Assembly: GCA_030525525.1 (NCBI GenBank)
Contig: JAUNEN010000001.1
Location: 30,934-94,933, forward strand
Length of the DNA stretch: 64,000 nucleotides
Direction: 5' to 3'
Origin: Erysipelotrichaceae bacterium
GTDB taxonomy: Bacteria > Bacillota_I > Bacilli_A > Erysipelotrichales > Erysipelotrichaceae
Below, one piece after another: positions 26,614 to 35,378 of this stretch. The first letter of the stretch is position 1; every line of letters starts with the position of its first letter. Below the pieces are notes generated by a model, which saw nothing but the letters and a program-made list of their open reading frames with translations, did not search any database and was not told the DNA's origin. Both the position numbers and the translations under genes were made by a program.

Positions 26614-28872
26614 TTATTTTCCGAAGCGCTCCATGAGACGTGCCATTGCATCATCCATGGTAACTTCCTTCTTCTTCGGTTTGTCGTTCTTTTTGTTTTT
26701 AGCGCCCTTGCGGTATTTATAGGCTGCGTCACGCTGATTCAGCTGTTCGAGCGGCAGCATGCTCAGAGAAACTCTTCCTCTTTCCTCATCGAGCTCATAA
26801 ACCCATACATCGACGATATCGCCGACTGAGACAACTGACATCGGATCGATGTTTCTCTTCATCGACATTCTGGTTGTATGAACCAGACCGTCTTCATGAA
26901 GACCGATATCGACGAATGCACCGAAGTCGACAACATTGCGGACTGTGCCGGAGAGCTTGTCACCGACATGGAGATCGCTCATTTCGAGAACATCGCTTCT
27001 GAGCAGTGCAGTTTCAAACTGATCACGGTAGTCTCTGAGCGGCTGGGTGATGGAGTCTTCGATATCCTTGAGAGTATATGCATCAATGCCAAGATCTTTC
27101 ACCTTGTCCTCAGGGAATGCAATATCCGCCTGGCCGAGCTGAGTGATGCCGCAAGCCTTCATGAGCGCACGGGCAGCTTCATAGCTTTCCGGATGGATGG
27201 AAGTCTGATCAAGCGGCTCTTCGCCGTCTGTAATACGTAAGAAGCCTGCGCACTGCTGATAAGCCTTGGGGCCGAGCTTCTTGACCTTCATCAGCTGGGT
27301 ACGGTTGGTAAAGCGTCCGTTCTCATTTCTGTAATTGACAATCTCCTTGGCAACTGCACTGTTAAGACCGGAAATATGTGTTAACAGTTCCATACTTGCC
27401 GTATTCAGATCGGCACCGGTGCGGTTGACGCACTTCATGACTGCTTCATCAAGACGTTCGGAGAGTGCCTTCTGGGGCAGGTCGTGCTGATACTGACCGA
27501 CACCGATGGATTTCGGATCGATCTTGATCAGTTCGGCAAGCGGGTCAAGCAGTCTTCTGCCGATGGAAACTGCACTTCTTTCCTCAACCGCAAGATCGGG
27601 GAATTCAGCTCTGGCTGCTTCCTGGGCACTCCATACGGAAGCACCTGCTTCGGAAACGATTGCATATTCTGTTTTCAGACTGTTTTCACGGATGACTTCG
27701 GCAACCAGCTTTTCGCTTTCACGGCTGGCTGTGCCGTTGCCGATCGCAACGATTTCAACGCCGTATTTCTGGATCAGTCTCAGCAGAGCTTTCTTGCTTG
27801 TCTCAATGTCGCCGCCCTTTTTCGAGAACGGATAGATCTTTTCGACCGTCAGCATCTTGCCGGTTTCATCGATGACCGCAAGCTTGCAGCCGTTATAGTA
27901 GCCCGGGTCAAATCCGAGAACTGTTCTTCCCTTCAGAGGTGCCTGCAGTAACAGCTTCTCAAGGTTGGCGGAGAAGATTTCGATGGATCTTGTATGGGCA
28001 CGGTCGGAAAGCTCGGAGCGGATTTCTCTTTCGATGGACGGGAACAGCAACCTGTCGCAGCCGTCATCCGCAGCCAGCTTCAGCTCGTTGTCAACGATGG
28101 TTGACTGCTTGTGTGTCAGGGCATCAAATGCCTGCTGCTTGAGGCCTTCTTCATCGAAGATGAAATTCACTGCGATGACCTTTGCCTTTTCAGCACGGTC
28201 GATTGCCATGATTCTGTGGTCGGCAAGAGTGGAGATCTTCTCGCTGTAGTCATAATAGTTCTGATAGACCTTCTTCTCGTCTTCGGCATCTTTCTTGATC
28301 TTTGTCTCAATGACGCCCGCCTTCATGATGGTATCCTTGAAAGCCCATCTCTGCTTAGCGTTGTCACTGACAACTTCGGCGATGATATCCATGGCACCCT
28401 GTACGGCATCCTTGATATTCTTCACATCGTCATTGACATACTTCATCGCTTCCTCAACAAGATTTCCTTCTGTCGGAAGTGAGAGCATCCAGTCAGCCAG
28501 AGGCTGCAGACCGTTTTTGATTGCGGTTGCGGCTCTTGTCTTTTTCTTCTGGGCATAAGGGCGGTAAATATCCTCAACCTGGGAGAGCTTTGTGCATTCC
28601 TCAACGCTCTTTTTGATTTCGTCTGTGAGCTTGCCCTGCTCGGCAATCAGCTTGAGAACATTCTCTTTTCTTTCAGCAAGCTTCAGCTGATAGTCATACT
28701 GTTTCTGAATAAACAGAATCTGTTCTTCATCCAGACCTTTTGTCTGTTCTTTACGGTAACGGGCGATAAACGGAACGGTGTTTCCTTCTTCCAGCATGGA
28801 TAATGTATTCTGCACCTGGCTGACAGCAATCTTAAGCTCAGATGCGATCGATTTAATAATCTCTTCGTTCAT
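26614..28872 (-). CDS. tex: Tex/YhgF family RNA-binding protein with S1 domain
   Basis: TVPFIARYRKE, LEDIY-like VEDIYRPY, GFDPG..GCK, IGNGTASRES, VSEAGASV, GVGQYQHD, C-terminal S1. Confidence 0.93.
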   Translation of the reverse strand: MNEEIIKSIASELKIAVSQVQNTLSMLEEGNTVPFIARYRKEQTKGLDEEQILFIQKQYDYQLKLAERKENVLKLIAEQGKLTDEIKKSVEECTKLSQVEDIYRPYAQKKKTRAATAIKNGLQPLADWMLSLPTEGNLVEEAMKYVNDDVKNIKDAVQGAMDIIAEVVSDNAKQRWAFKDTIMKAGVIETKIKKDAEDEKKVYQNYYDYSEKISTLADHRIMAIDRAEKAKVIAVNFIFDEEGLKQQAFDALTHKQSTIVDNELKLAADDGCDRLLFPSIEREIRSELSDRAHTRSIEIFSANLEKLLLQAPLKGRTVLGFDPGYYNGCKLAVIDETGKMLTVEKIYPFSKKGGDIETSKKALLRLIQKYGVEIVAIGNGTASRESEKLVAEVIRENSLKTEYAIVSEAGASVWSAQEAARAEFPDLAVEERSAVSIGRRLLDPLAELIKIDPKSIGVGQYQHDLPQKALSERLDEAVMKCVNRTGADLNTASMELLTHISGLNSAVAKEIVNYRNENGRFTNRTQLMKVKKLGPKAYQQCAGFLRITDGEEPLDQTSIHPESYEAARALMKACGITQLGQADIAFPEDKVKDLGIDAYTLKDIEDSITQPLRDYRDQFETALLRSDVLEMSDLHVGDKLSGTVRNVVDFGAFVDIGLHEDGLVHTTRMSMKRNIDPMSVVSVGDIVDVWVYELDEERGRVSLSMLPLEQLNQRDAAYKYRKGAKNKKNDKPKKKEVTMDDAMARLMERFGK

Positions 28873-29026
28873 GGATCAATACTCCTTTCAACTGTGTTAT
28901 CTTATCACGGCAAAGCTTTAGTTGCACTCTTGACATTCTGATACACATGCGCATTGCCCTGGGCAAAAGCCGATAGAAAAAGGGATTTTCATCCCTTCTC
29001 ATTCAGTTTGATGACACTTGTGTCAA

Positions 29027-30301
29027 TTATCTCGGATCTTTGATCGGCTTCAGTGCCTTGGCGTATGAATGCATTGAGAGTGCGATGCATAATGCCGGCG
29101 GCAGAACAAATCCGATGACGAACACAGCCGCAAACGATCCGCTTAAATCGCCATGGATCATTCCCACTGCCATGATGTTGAGCAGATACAGCAGACCGAT
29201 GATGATCAGTGTTCCGTAGAAGCGGATCACTTCCCCATGGCTGATGGACTTCAGATCTTCTGCCGTACTGCCGATCTGATCAAGTGTGCGGTAGTACTGC
29301 GTGCGGTTGGAAATATCGGTTGAATATTTGAAGACAATGGCCAATGAAAGCAGGATGTTCATCACGATGAATGACATCGTATACATCAGCAGCTCAATCG
29401 GCTTTGTTGTCTTGGAAATCAATGAAGTGCTTAAAAGACATGCACATCCGAGCAGAAGAATCATATTCATCTTCAGCAGTCTGAAATCATGACGGATGAA
29501 CCCGTCCCTGACGCATCTTCTTAGATCTGACGGATCCTTCTGTGTGCGGTCTGTGAGCCAGGGGCCGAAGACCGAATCAAAGCACATCGACAATCCGACA
29601 AGCGACAGCAGCGCATAGATGATCATGCCGCCTTCGGTTGTATAGAACAATGCAACCGGTGCCAGCCAGAGGATGACGCAGAAGATCTTCTTGAGAATTC
29701 CCGGCACGTTGCCAAGATAAAACAATCCGCTTCCTGCAGCTGTCATGATGTCTTTGGAGAACATCATGGTTGCTGCATTTCTTAATGCAAAGCTGAGATT
29801 GAGCATGACGACAAAGAATACCACAAAGCCGAGTATAACCCCGACCAGTACATTTGCCTGTGAACTGATGGCGATGACCAGCGAACTGCCCATGACATTT
29901 GCCAGCAGATAATTCAGCAGAGGGATCATCAGATTGGCAAGAATCAGTCCGACCGGAATTGCGATAATCAGCAGGATCACGGTCTGAATCAGAAGATACA
30001 TCGCCAGCTGCAGCGCCGTTGCCCCGCAGATCAGTCTCACTGCCAGTTCCTTCGCTTTCCGCTTGACGAAGAAATCATTGGCAAACAGGATTGCCGTCAT
30101 ACAGATGACAATGACTGAAACTGAAATCAATGTGGCAAGCGGATCGGTCCCTTCCATCAAGAAACTCGCTCCGTCCGGATCGCTCATCATCATGTTGAAG
30201 AACAGGAAGATGAAGATCGATGTCAGCAGCAGCGTCAGCCAGTAGAAGAACGAACGGGTGAAATCATCCCGCAGGCTCCTGAGTGCATCACGGACGATCA
30301 T
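29027..30301 (-). CDS. BceB-like FtsX-family permease, about 10 TM, lacking the large extracellular domain
   Basis: KRKAKELAVRLICG and YYRTLDQIG FtsX-type loops; 424 aa; coupled to the ATPase gene. Confidence 0.75.
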   Translation of the reverse strand: MIVRDALRSLRDDFTRSFFYWLTLLLTSIFIFLFFNMMMSDPDGASFLMEGTDPLATLISVSVIVICMTAILFANDFFVKRKAKELAVRLICGATALQLAMYLLIQTVILLIIAIPVGLILANLMIPLLNYLLANVMGSSLVIAISSQANVLVGVILGFVVFFVVMLNLSFALRNAATMMFSKDIMTAAGSGLFYLGNVPGILKKIFCVILWLAPVALFYTTEGGMIIYALLSLVGLSMCFDSVFGPWLTDRTQKDPSDLRRCVRDGFIRHDFRLLKMNMILLLGCACLLSTSLISKTTKPIELLMYTMSFIVMNILLSLAIVFKYSTDISNRTQYYRTLDQIGSTAEDLKSISHGEVIRFYGTLIIIGLLYLLNIMAVGMIHGDLSGSFAAVFVIGFVLPPALCIALSMHSYAKALKPIKDPR

Positions 30302-31068
30302 TGGTTCAGAATCTCCCTTGATTCTGCGGAATTGATCTCAACAATCTTTGAGAAGTATTCATCCTGTGTCAGTCCTTCACGGTCAAGTACGGACTCGATG
30401 TTGCCGTCCTTGATATAGATCAGTCTTGAGGAATAGGAAGTAATCAGAGGATCGTGTGTTACCATGACGATCGTTACGCCTTCATCCGAATTCAGCTTTT
30501 CAAGAATCTTCATCAGTTCGCTGGAGTTCTTTGAGTCAAGGTTTCCGGTCGGCTCATCGGCAACGATGATACGGGGATGGTTGATCAGAGCGCGGCAGAT
30601 GGCAGCTCTTTGTCTCTGACCGCCCGAGCATTCATTCGGGAATTTCTTCAGAAGCTGTTTGATATCCATCTGCTCGGCAAGCTCATTGACTCTTTTGTGG
30701 ATTGTATCGGCATCCACATGTGCAAGCGAGAGCGGCATGGCGATGTTTTCAAACATCGTATGTGTATCCAGAAGGTTGAAGTCCTGGAAAATGAATCCGA
30801 GATTCTGATAGCGGAATCTGCCGATTTCATTGGAACTCATGGACCTCACTTCACGACCGTTGATATACACATGGCCGCTGGTCGGCAGATCGATCGTTGA
30901 AATATTATTGATAAATGTGGATTTACCGGATCCCGAAGGTCCCATGATTGCGACGAAATCGCCTTCAAATACCTGGAAATTGATGTCATGAAGCGCCTCA
31001 AACGCATTCGGCGTATTGTAGTTATAGACTTTCTTCATGTTTTTCGCTTCCAGAACAACTTCACTCAT
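30298..31068 (-). CDS. BceA/LolD-like ABC ATPase
   Basis: GPSGSGKST, LGFIFQDFNLL, CSGGQRQR, ADEPTGNLD, VTHD. Confidence 0.92.
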   Translation of the reverse strand: MSEVVLEAKNMKKVYNYNTPNAFEALHDINFQVFEGDFVAIMGPSGSGKSTFINNISTIDLPTSGHVYINGREVRSMSSNEIGRFRYQNLGFIFQDFNLLDTHTMFENIAMPLSLAHVDADTIHKRVNELAEQMDIKQLLKKFPNECSGGQRQRAAICRALINHPRIIVADEPTGNLDSKNSSELMKILEKLNSDEGVTIVMVTHDPLITSYSSRLIYIKDGNIESVLDREGLTQDEYFSKIVEINSAESREILNQ

Positions 31069-31216
31069 AAACTGATTTTCCTTTCTTAACAGCGCTTATA
31101 TTGTATAAGAAAATGCTTGTATTTCTGCATGGAATTAAAAAAACATATTGATAATAAGCAGATCGGTTCACACCTCTGATTCACATGAAAGCGATTGTGA
31201 TGTTATATTTTATTGT

Positions 31217-32389
31217 ATGGATAAAGAAAAGATCATACAGTCTCTCAAAGACTGGTTCAAAAATGAAAAATGGTCGTTCGTCGTGCTGGCAGCCGCTGCC
31301 GTTCTGTTTGTTTTTATGAGAATGAATGTCAGAACAGAAGTGCCTGACACGGCAGGTCTCAGTGATTATGCAGAATATGAACGGGCGACCGTGACAGAGA
31401 TCCTCTCCGACAATTCTGAAACAGATGATGCCAGCGATGGCTCATGGCGCGGTGAACAGTCACTTACCATGCAGATTGACAGCGGTCAGTACAAAGGCGA
31501 AACACTTCTTGTCAACAATTACATCGGGCCTTTATACGGCACACCTTTGAAAAAAGGAGACAGTGCAGTGATCATCATCAACACCTACGCTTCAGGGGAT
31601 CTCAGAGCCACCGTCTATGAATATAACCGCATGCCTGCTCTGGCAGGGATACTGATACTCTTCTTCATCATCACCGCCCTTGTCGGCGGCAAAACCGGAA
31701 TCAAGTCTCTGATCGCGCTTGCCGTGACGGTCGCCGTGCTGTTCGGCATCCTGATTCCATGGCTTCTGCAGGGAGCGTCCACCCTGCCGGCAGTCTTTGT
31801 CTCATGTGTTTATATCACGGTTGTTTCCCTGACCCTGATCGGCGGGGTGCACAGAAAAACCGTATGCGCCATGCTCGGCACGGCAGCCGGCACTGCCCTG
31901 GCCATGCTGTTTGGCGTGATTGCTCAATCGATGACAAGAATCAACGGGCTGAGAACTGCGGATGTCGAACCGCTGCTGCAGTTAAGACAATCCGGCATTC
32001 CGATCGGTCTCACAGGATTATTGAGTGCAGGCATCATGATCGCAGCTCTGGGGGCCGTCATGGACGTTGCCATGAGCATCTCTTCTTCACTTGAAGAAAT
32101 TCACAATGCAAATCCATCCATGAGTGCTAAGCAGCTGTTTTCCTCAGGCATGAATATCGGTCAGGATATGACCGGCACCATGACCAACACCCTGATTCTT
32201 GCATTCCTTGGCAGCGGCTTCACCCTCATCCTTTATCTCTTCTCACTCGGGCTTTCATTCAATCAGCTGTTCTCATCCGCATATGTTTCGGTTGAGGCAG
32301 TCAGTTCCATTTCAAGCTCGATCGGTATGATTCTTGCCATTCCCTTTACGGCTGCCATCAGTTCATATATGCTTACACACGAAAAGTAA
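31217..32389 (+). CDS. YibE/F family membrane protein
   Basis: GGKTGIKSLIAL, LGAVMDVAMSISS, GMNIGQDMTGTMTNTLILAF. Start refined to MDKEK. Confidence 0.88.
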   Translation: MDKEKIIQSLKDWFKNEKWSFVVLAAAAVLFVFMRMNVRTEVPDTAGLSDYAEYERATVTEILSDNSETDDASDGSWRGEQSLTMQIDSGQYKGETLLVNNYIGPLYGTPLKKGDSAVIIINTYASGDLRATVYEYNRMPALAGILILFFIITALVGGKTGIKSLIALAVTVAVLFGILIPWLLQGASTLPAVFVSCVYITVVSLTLIGGVHRKTVCAMLGTAAGTALAMLFGVIAQSMTRINGLRTADVEPLLQLRQSGIPIGLTGLLSAGIMIAALGAVMDVAMSISSSLEEIHNANPSMSAKQLFSSGMNIGQDMTGTMTNTLILAFLGSGFTLILYLFSLGLSFNQLFSSAYVSVEAVSSISSSIGMILAIPFTAAISSYMLTHEK

Positions 32390-32429
32390 ACAGTCATTAT
32401 GATCATTGAAGTCAGATACAGAAGATCGC

Positions 32430-32467
32430 AAAAACGGAGGAATCCTCATCGGGTTCCTCCGTTATTT
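32430..32467. terminator. Bidirectional terminator between YibE/F and the SLH protein gene
   Basis: AACGGAGGAA-11nt-TTCCTCCGTT. Confidence 0.75.
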
Positions 32468-32495
32468 CTGATCGTTTTTAAACCGCCTTTGATGA

Positions 32496-35240
32496 TTATT
32501 TCTGTGTACTCAAACTGTCATTGTAACGGGAAAGGAATGTGACAAGCATGCCTCTGGTGCACTTCTGACCGACGCCGAATCTGCCGGTGCCGTCATTTAA
32601 GCCTACTGTAATTCCTTTGCCTGCAGCCCATTTGATTGCTTTGTAATAATATTTGTCTTCTTTGCTGTCAGTAAATTCAATGGAGCCTTCCGGTTCAGGA
32701 GTATGTGCAGCTCTGTGCAGGAAGGTCACACACTGCTCTCTCGTGCAGGCCTGGCCGACACCGAACCTTCCGGTACCGTCATTGAGACCTGTTGTAATTC
32801 CGTTTTCGGCAGCCCATGAGATCGGTTCATAATACCATGCATCTTCAGGCACATCCGTGAAGTCGCAGCCTTTTTCATAGGAAGGCATGCCCTGCTGTCT
32901 CCATAAGAAGGTGACAAACTGTTCTCTTGTACAGGAAGCATTCGGAGAGAATTTACCCGGTCCGCCTGCACCGACCGTAACGCCGCTGTCAACCGCCCAG
33001 TAAACCGGTGCATAGAAATATTTGGTCCTGTCGGCTACATCGCTGAAGAGCACTCTCACCAGGCATTCTGCATAGACGCCGTTGGCAGCTTCTGCTCGGA
33101 TGATTGCCGTTCCGATTTTGTTGGCATGGAGCAGATTGCTTTCGCAGCTGACAATTGAGGAGTCAGAACTTGTAAATGTGATCGGATCAGACGACTCCTC
33201 AGGAACCGTATGGGCAATGAGTACCATCTGTCCGCCATAGACAATTTCATATTCACCGCCCGTAAACCAGATTCTGCTGATGTCCGAATCACCTGCTTCA
33301 AACGGACCGAACTCCCAGTAAAGCGTCAGCGCACTTCCGCGATTGTCAACCTTGTCTGCTTTCAGATCATTCAGATATGCACTCACATCATCTGCGAATG
33401 TATATCCTTCTGCCGCATATGCGCTGAGCTTATAAACATAGCTCTGTCCTGCTTCAAAGACAAAATCATCCCATGTCACTCTCATTTCTATGTGATCGGC
33501 AGTTCCTAAGAACAGTGCACCGCAAGTGTCGCCGACTCCCTGACCGTGCTGAGTTTCATTGAATTCAGCAGGAGTCATATACGGTGTATTGTCAGGCGTT
33601 CTGACATCTTCGGGCCATGTGAACGCACTGCCAAGTTTCGGTGTTTCAAAAACATCCGACAGCATCTTTACTTCGTGGATCAGACCGTCATCCTCATCTT
33701 CACCGACTTTAATTGTGAATGTTCTGTCACCGAATGTATATGTTTCGCTTCCTTTTCCTTTTGTATAGAATTCAATACCTGGACGCGATTCAAACCAATC
33801 ACCCATGTCTTGAGCGATCATTCCCCACGCCGTACCTCTTGAAATCAGTTCGGAGTCAGCGAATGCGTTGAGTCTTGAACTTGCAGAAGGCAGACAGAAT
33901 TCACTCTTTTCTGCAAACTGCATTTTGTAGACTGCACCTTCTTCGAGTTCATACAGATCAAGATTGGTTCCGACTGTCTCATATGTACCGTCTTCAGGAT
34001 TTCTTTTCTCGATTGTAATATCTGTTGTATATGTTCCTGCAGGAACCGGATCATCTGTAACCGTTGCATTGAATGTGACAGAAAGGTCCGGATTTGATTT
34101 GCTGGCGGCTGTCAGTGTTACAGTACCTGGTTTGTAATACTGGAACCCTGCCTGCGGTTCGCTTCCGCCGACCCACATAATCGATTCGTCACTGCTGGAC
34201 CAGACTGTTTCTGTATCAGCTTTTTCGGGACCGTATTCAACCATGAAAGTCTTTCCGGGGTAATCGCAGCCTGAATAAAGCGTGACATTTTCATCGGATA
34301 CTCTGCTGATCGATTCCGGTGTTACCGGCTCAGATATCTCAGCATCAATCGTTGCTGTGATTGAAGGATCATCCACTGCATATGCAGTAATGGTTGCTTT
34401 TCCGTAATTTCTGATCCAGAGATATGTACCGCCGCCATAGTCTTCTGCCACCGAAGTATCGCTTGATTTGAAGATCACTTTGCGATGAGCTGCCTCTGCG
34501 GGTTCGATTTTCAGATAATCCTTAGCATTAAGGGATCCGAAAAGCATGGTTGAAGTCATCCGCTCTTGCGTAAATGAAAGACTCTCGATTTTCGGGCAGA
34601 CATATACATATGCAGTTGAAATTTTGCCGGTTGCTGTTTCGGCGATCACTCTGCACTCACCGTTATTCAAAGCTTCGAGTTCTCCCTCAGCAGTGAGTGA
34701 AATCACCGGCTCGCCGCTTTCGGTTTCATTTTCTTCTGTGCGCCATACAACATGCTCATCCGCAAATTCTCTTTTGTCAGGATCTGAATTGGAGTAAAGG
34801 TCTGCTTCAAGAACTGTTTTATCACCGGGTTCCAGAATCAGATTATCGATATTTTTGATGCTGACGCTGTGGGCAAAATCTCCTTCCATCACAATGAGCT
34901 TTGCTTCGGCAGTAAGACCGTTCTCTGTACTTGCCTTAATTTTCGTTTCGCCACGAGACTTCGGCGTCACTTTTCCGTATGTATCAATTTCCGCAATTGA
35001 TGGATCTTCGACTGCATATGTAATCAGACCATCCGCTTCCATCGGAAATACGTATACAGATACATTGACATATGAATCACCGACAAATGTCCGGTATTCA
35101 CTTTTCCCGAAATAAATGTAATCAGCCTCTGCAGCTGTTTCTTCATCACTCTGAGCTTCAGCACTTTCGGCATAGACCGTCAATGCTGAAAAGAGCATCG
35201 CAGCAGATACAGCTGCCGCAAGAATTGTTCTCTTCTTCAT
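32496..35240 (-). CDS. Secreted surface protein: about 5 Ig-like (Big_2) domains, central unknown region, 3 C-terminal SLH domains
   Basis: Signal peptide MKKRTILAAAVSAAMLFSALTVYA; repeated W/F-x-SSD..A..G...I.A Big_2 patterns; three F.D...YY...I.WA...GIT.G...F....CTR SLH repeats. Confidence 0.85.
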   Translation of the reverse strand: MKKRTILAAAVSAAMLFSALTVYAESAEAQSDEETAAEADYIYFGKSEYRTFVGDSYVNVSVYVFPMEADGLITYAVEDPSIAEIDTYGKVTPKSRGETKIKASTENGLTAEAKLIVMEGDFAHSVSIKNIDNLILEPGDKTVLEADLYSNSDPDKREFADEHVVWRTEENETESGEPVISLTAEGELEALNNGECRVIAETATGKISTAYVYVCPKIESLSFTQERMTSTMLFGSLNAKDYLKIEPAEAAHRKVIFKSSDTSVAEDYGGGTYLWIRNYGKATITAYAVDDPSITATIDAEISEPVTPESISRVSDENVTLYSGCDYPGKTFMVEYGPEKADTETVWSSSDESIMWVGGSEPQAGFQYYKPGTVTLTAASKSNPDLSVTFNATVTDDPVPAGTYTTDITIEKRNPEDGTYETVGTNLDLYELEEGAVYKMQFAEKSEFCLPSASSRLNAFADSELISRGTAWGMIAQDMGDWFESRPGIEFYTKGKGSETYTFGDRTFTIKVGEDEDDGLIHEVKMLSDVFETPKLGSAFTWPEDVRTPDNTPYMTPAEFNETQHGQGVGDTCGALFLGTADHIEMRVTWDDFVFEAGQSYVYKLSAYAAEGYTFADDVSAYLNDLKADKVDNRGSALTLYWEFGPFEAGDSDISRIWFTGGEYEIVYGGQMVLIAHTVPEESSDPITFTSSDSSIVSCESNLLHANKIGTAIIRAEAANGVYAECLVRVLFSDVADRTKYFYAPVYWAVDSGVTVGAGGPGKFSPNASCTREQFVTFLWRQQGMPSYEKGCDFTDVPEDAWYYEPISWAAENGITTGLNDGTGRFGVGQACTREQCVTFLHRAAHTPEPEGSIEFTDSKEDKYYYKAIKWAAGKGITVGLNDGTGRFGVGQKCTRGMLVTFLSRYNDSLSTQK

Positions 35241-35318
35241 ATTATCTTCTCCCTTCAGGTTAATCTGATCATATCAATGATCCATCAGTCGTGCAAATAT
35301 GCATGCATCAAAAAACAC

Positions 35319-35364
35319 AAAAAAACTGACCGCATGATGCGATCTGCACCTCACGGTCAGTTTT
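35319..35364 (-). terminator. Terminator after the 2319-aa gene
   Basis: AAAACTGACCG...CGGTCAGTTTT with T-run on the minus strand. Confidence 0.65.
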
Positions 35365-35378
35365 CATTTCTGTTTCAC

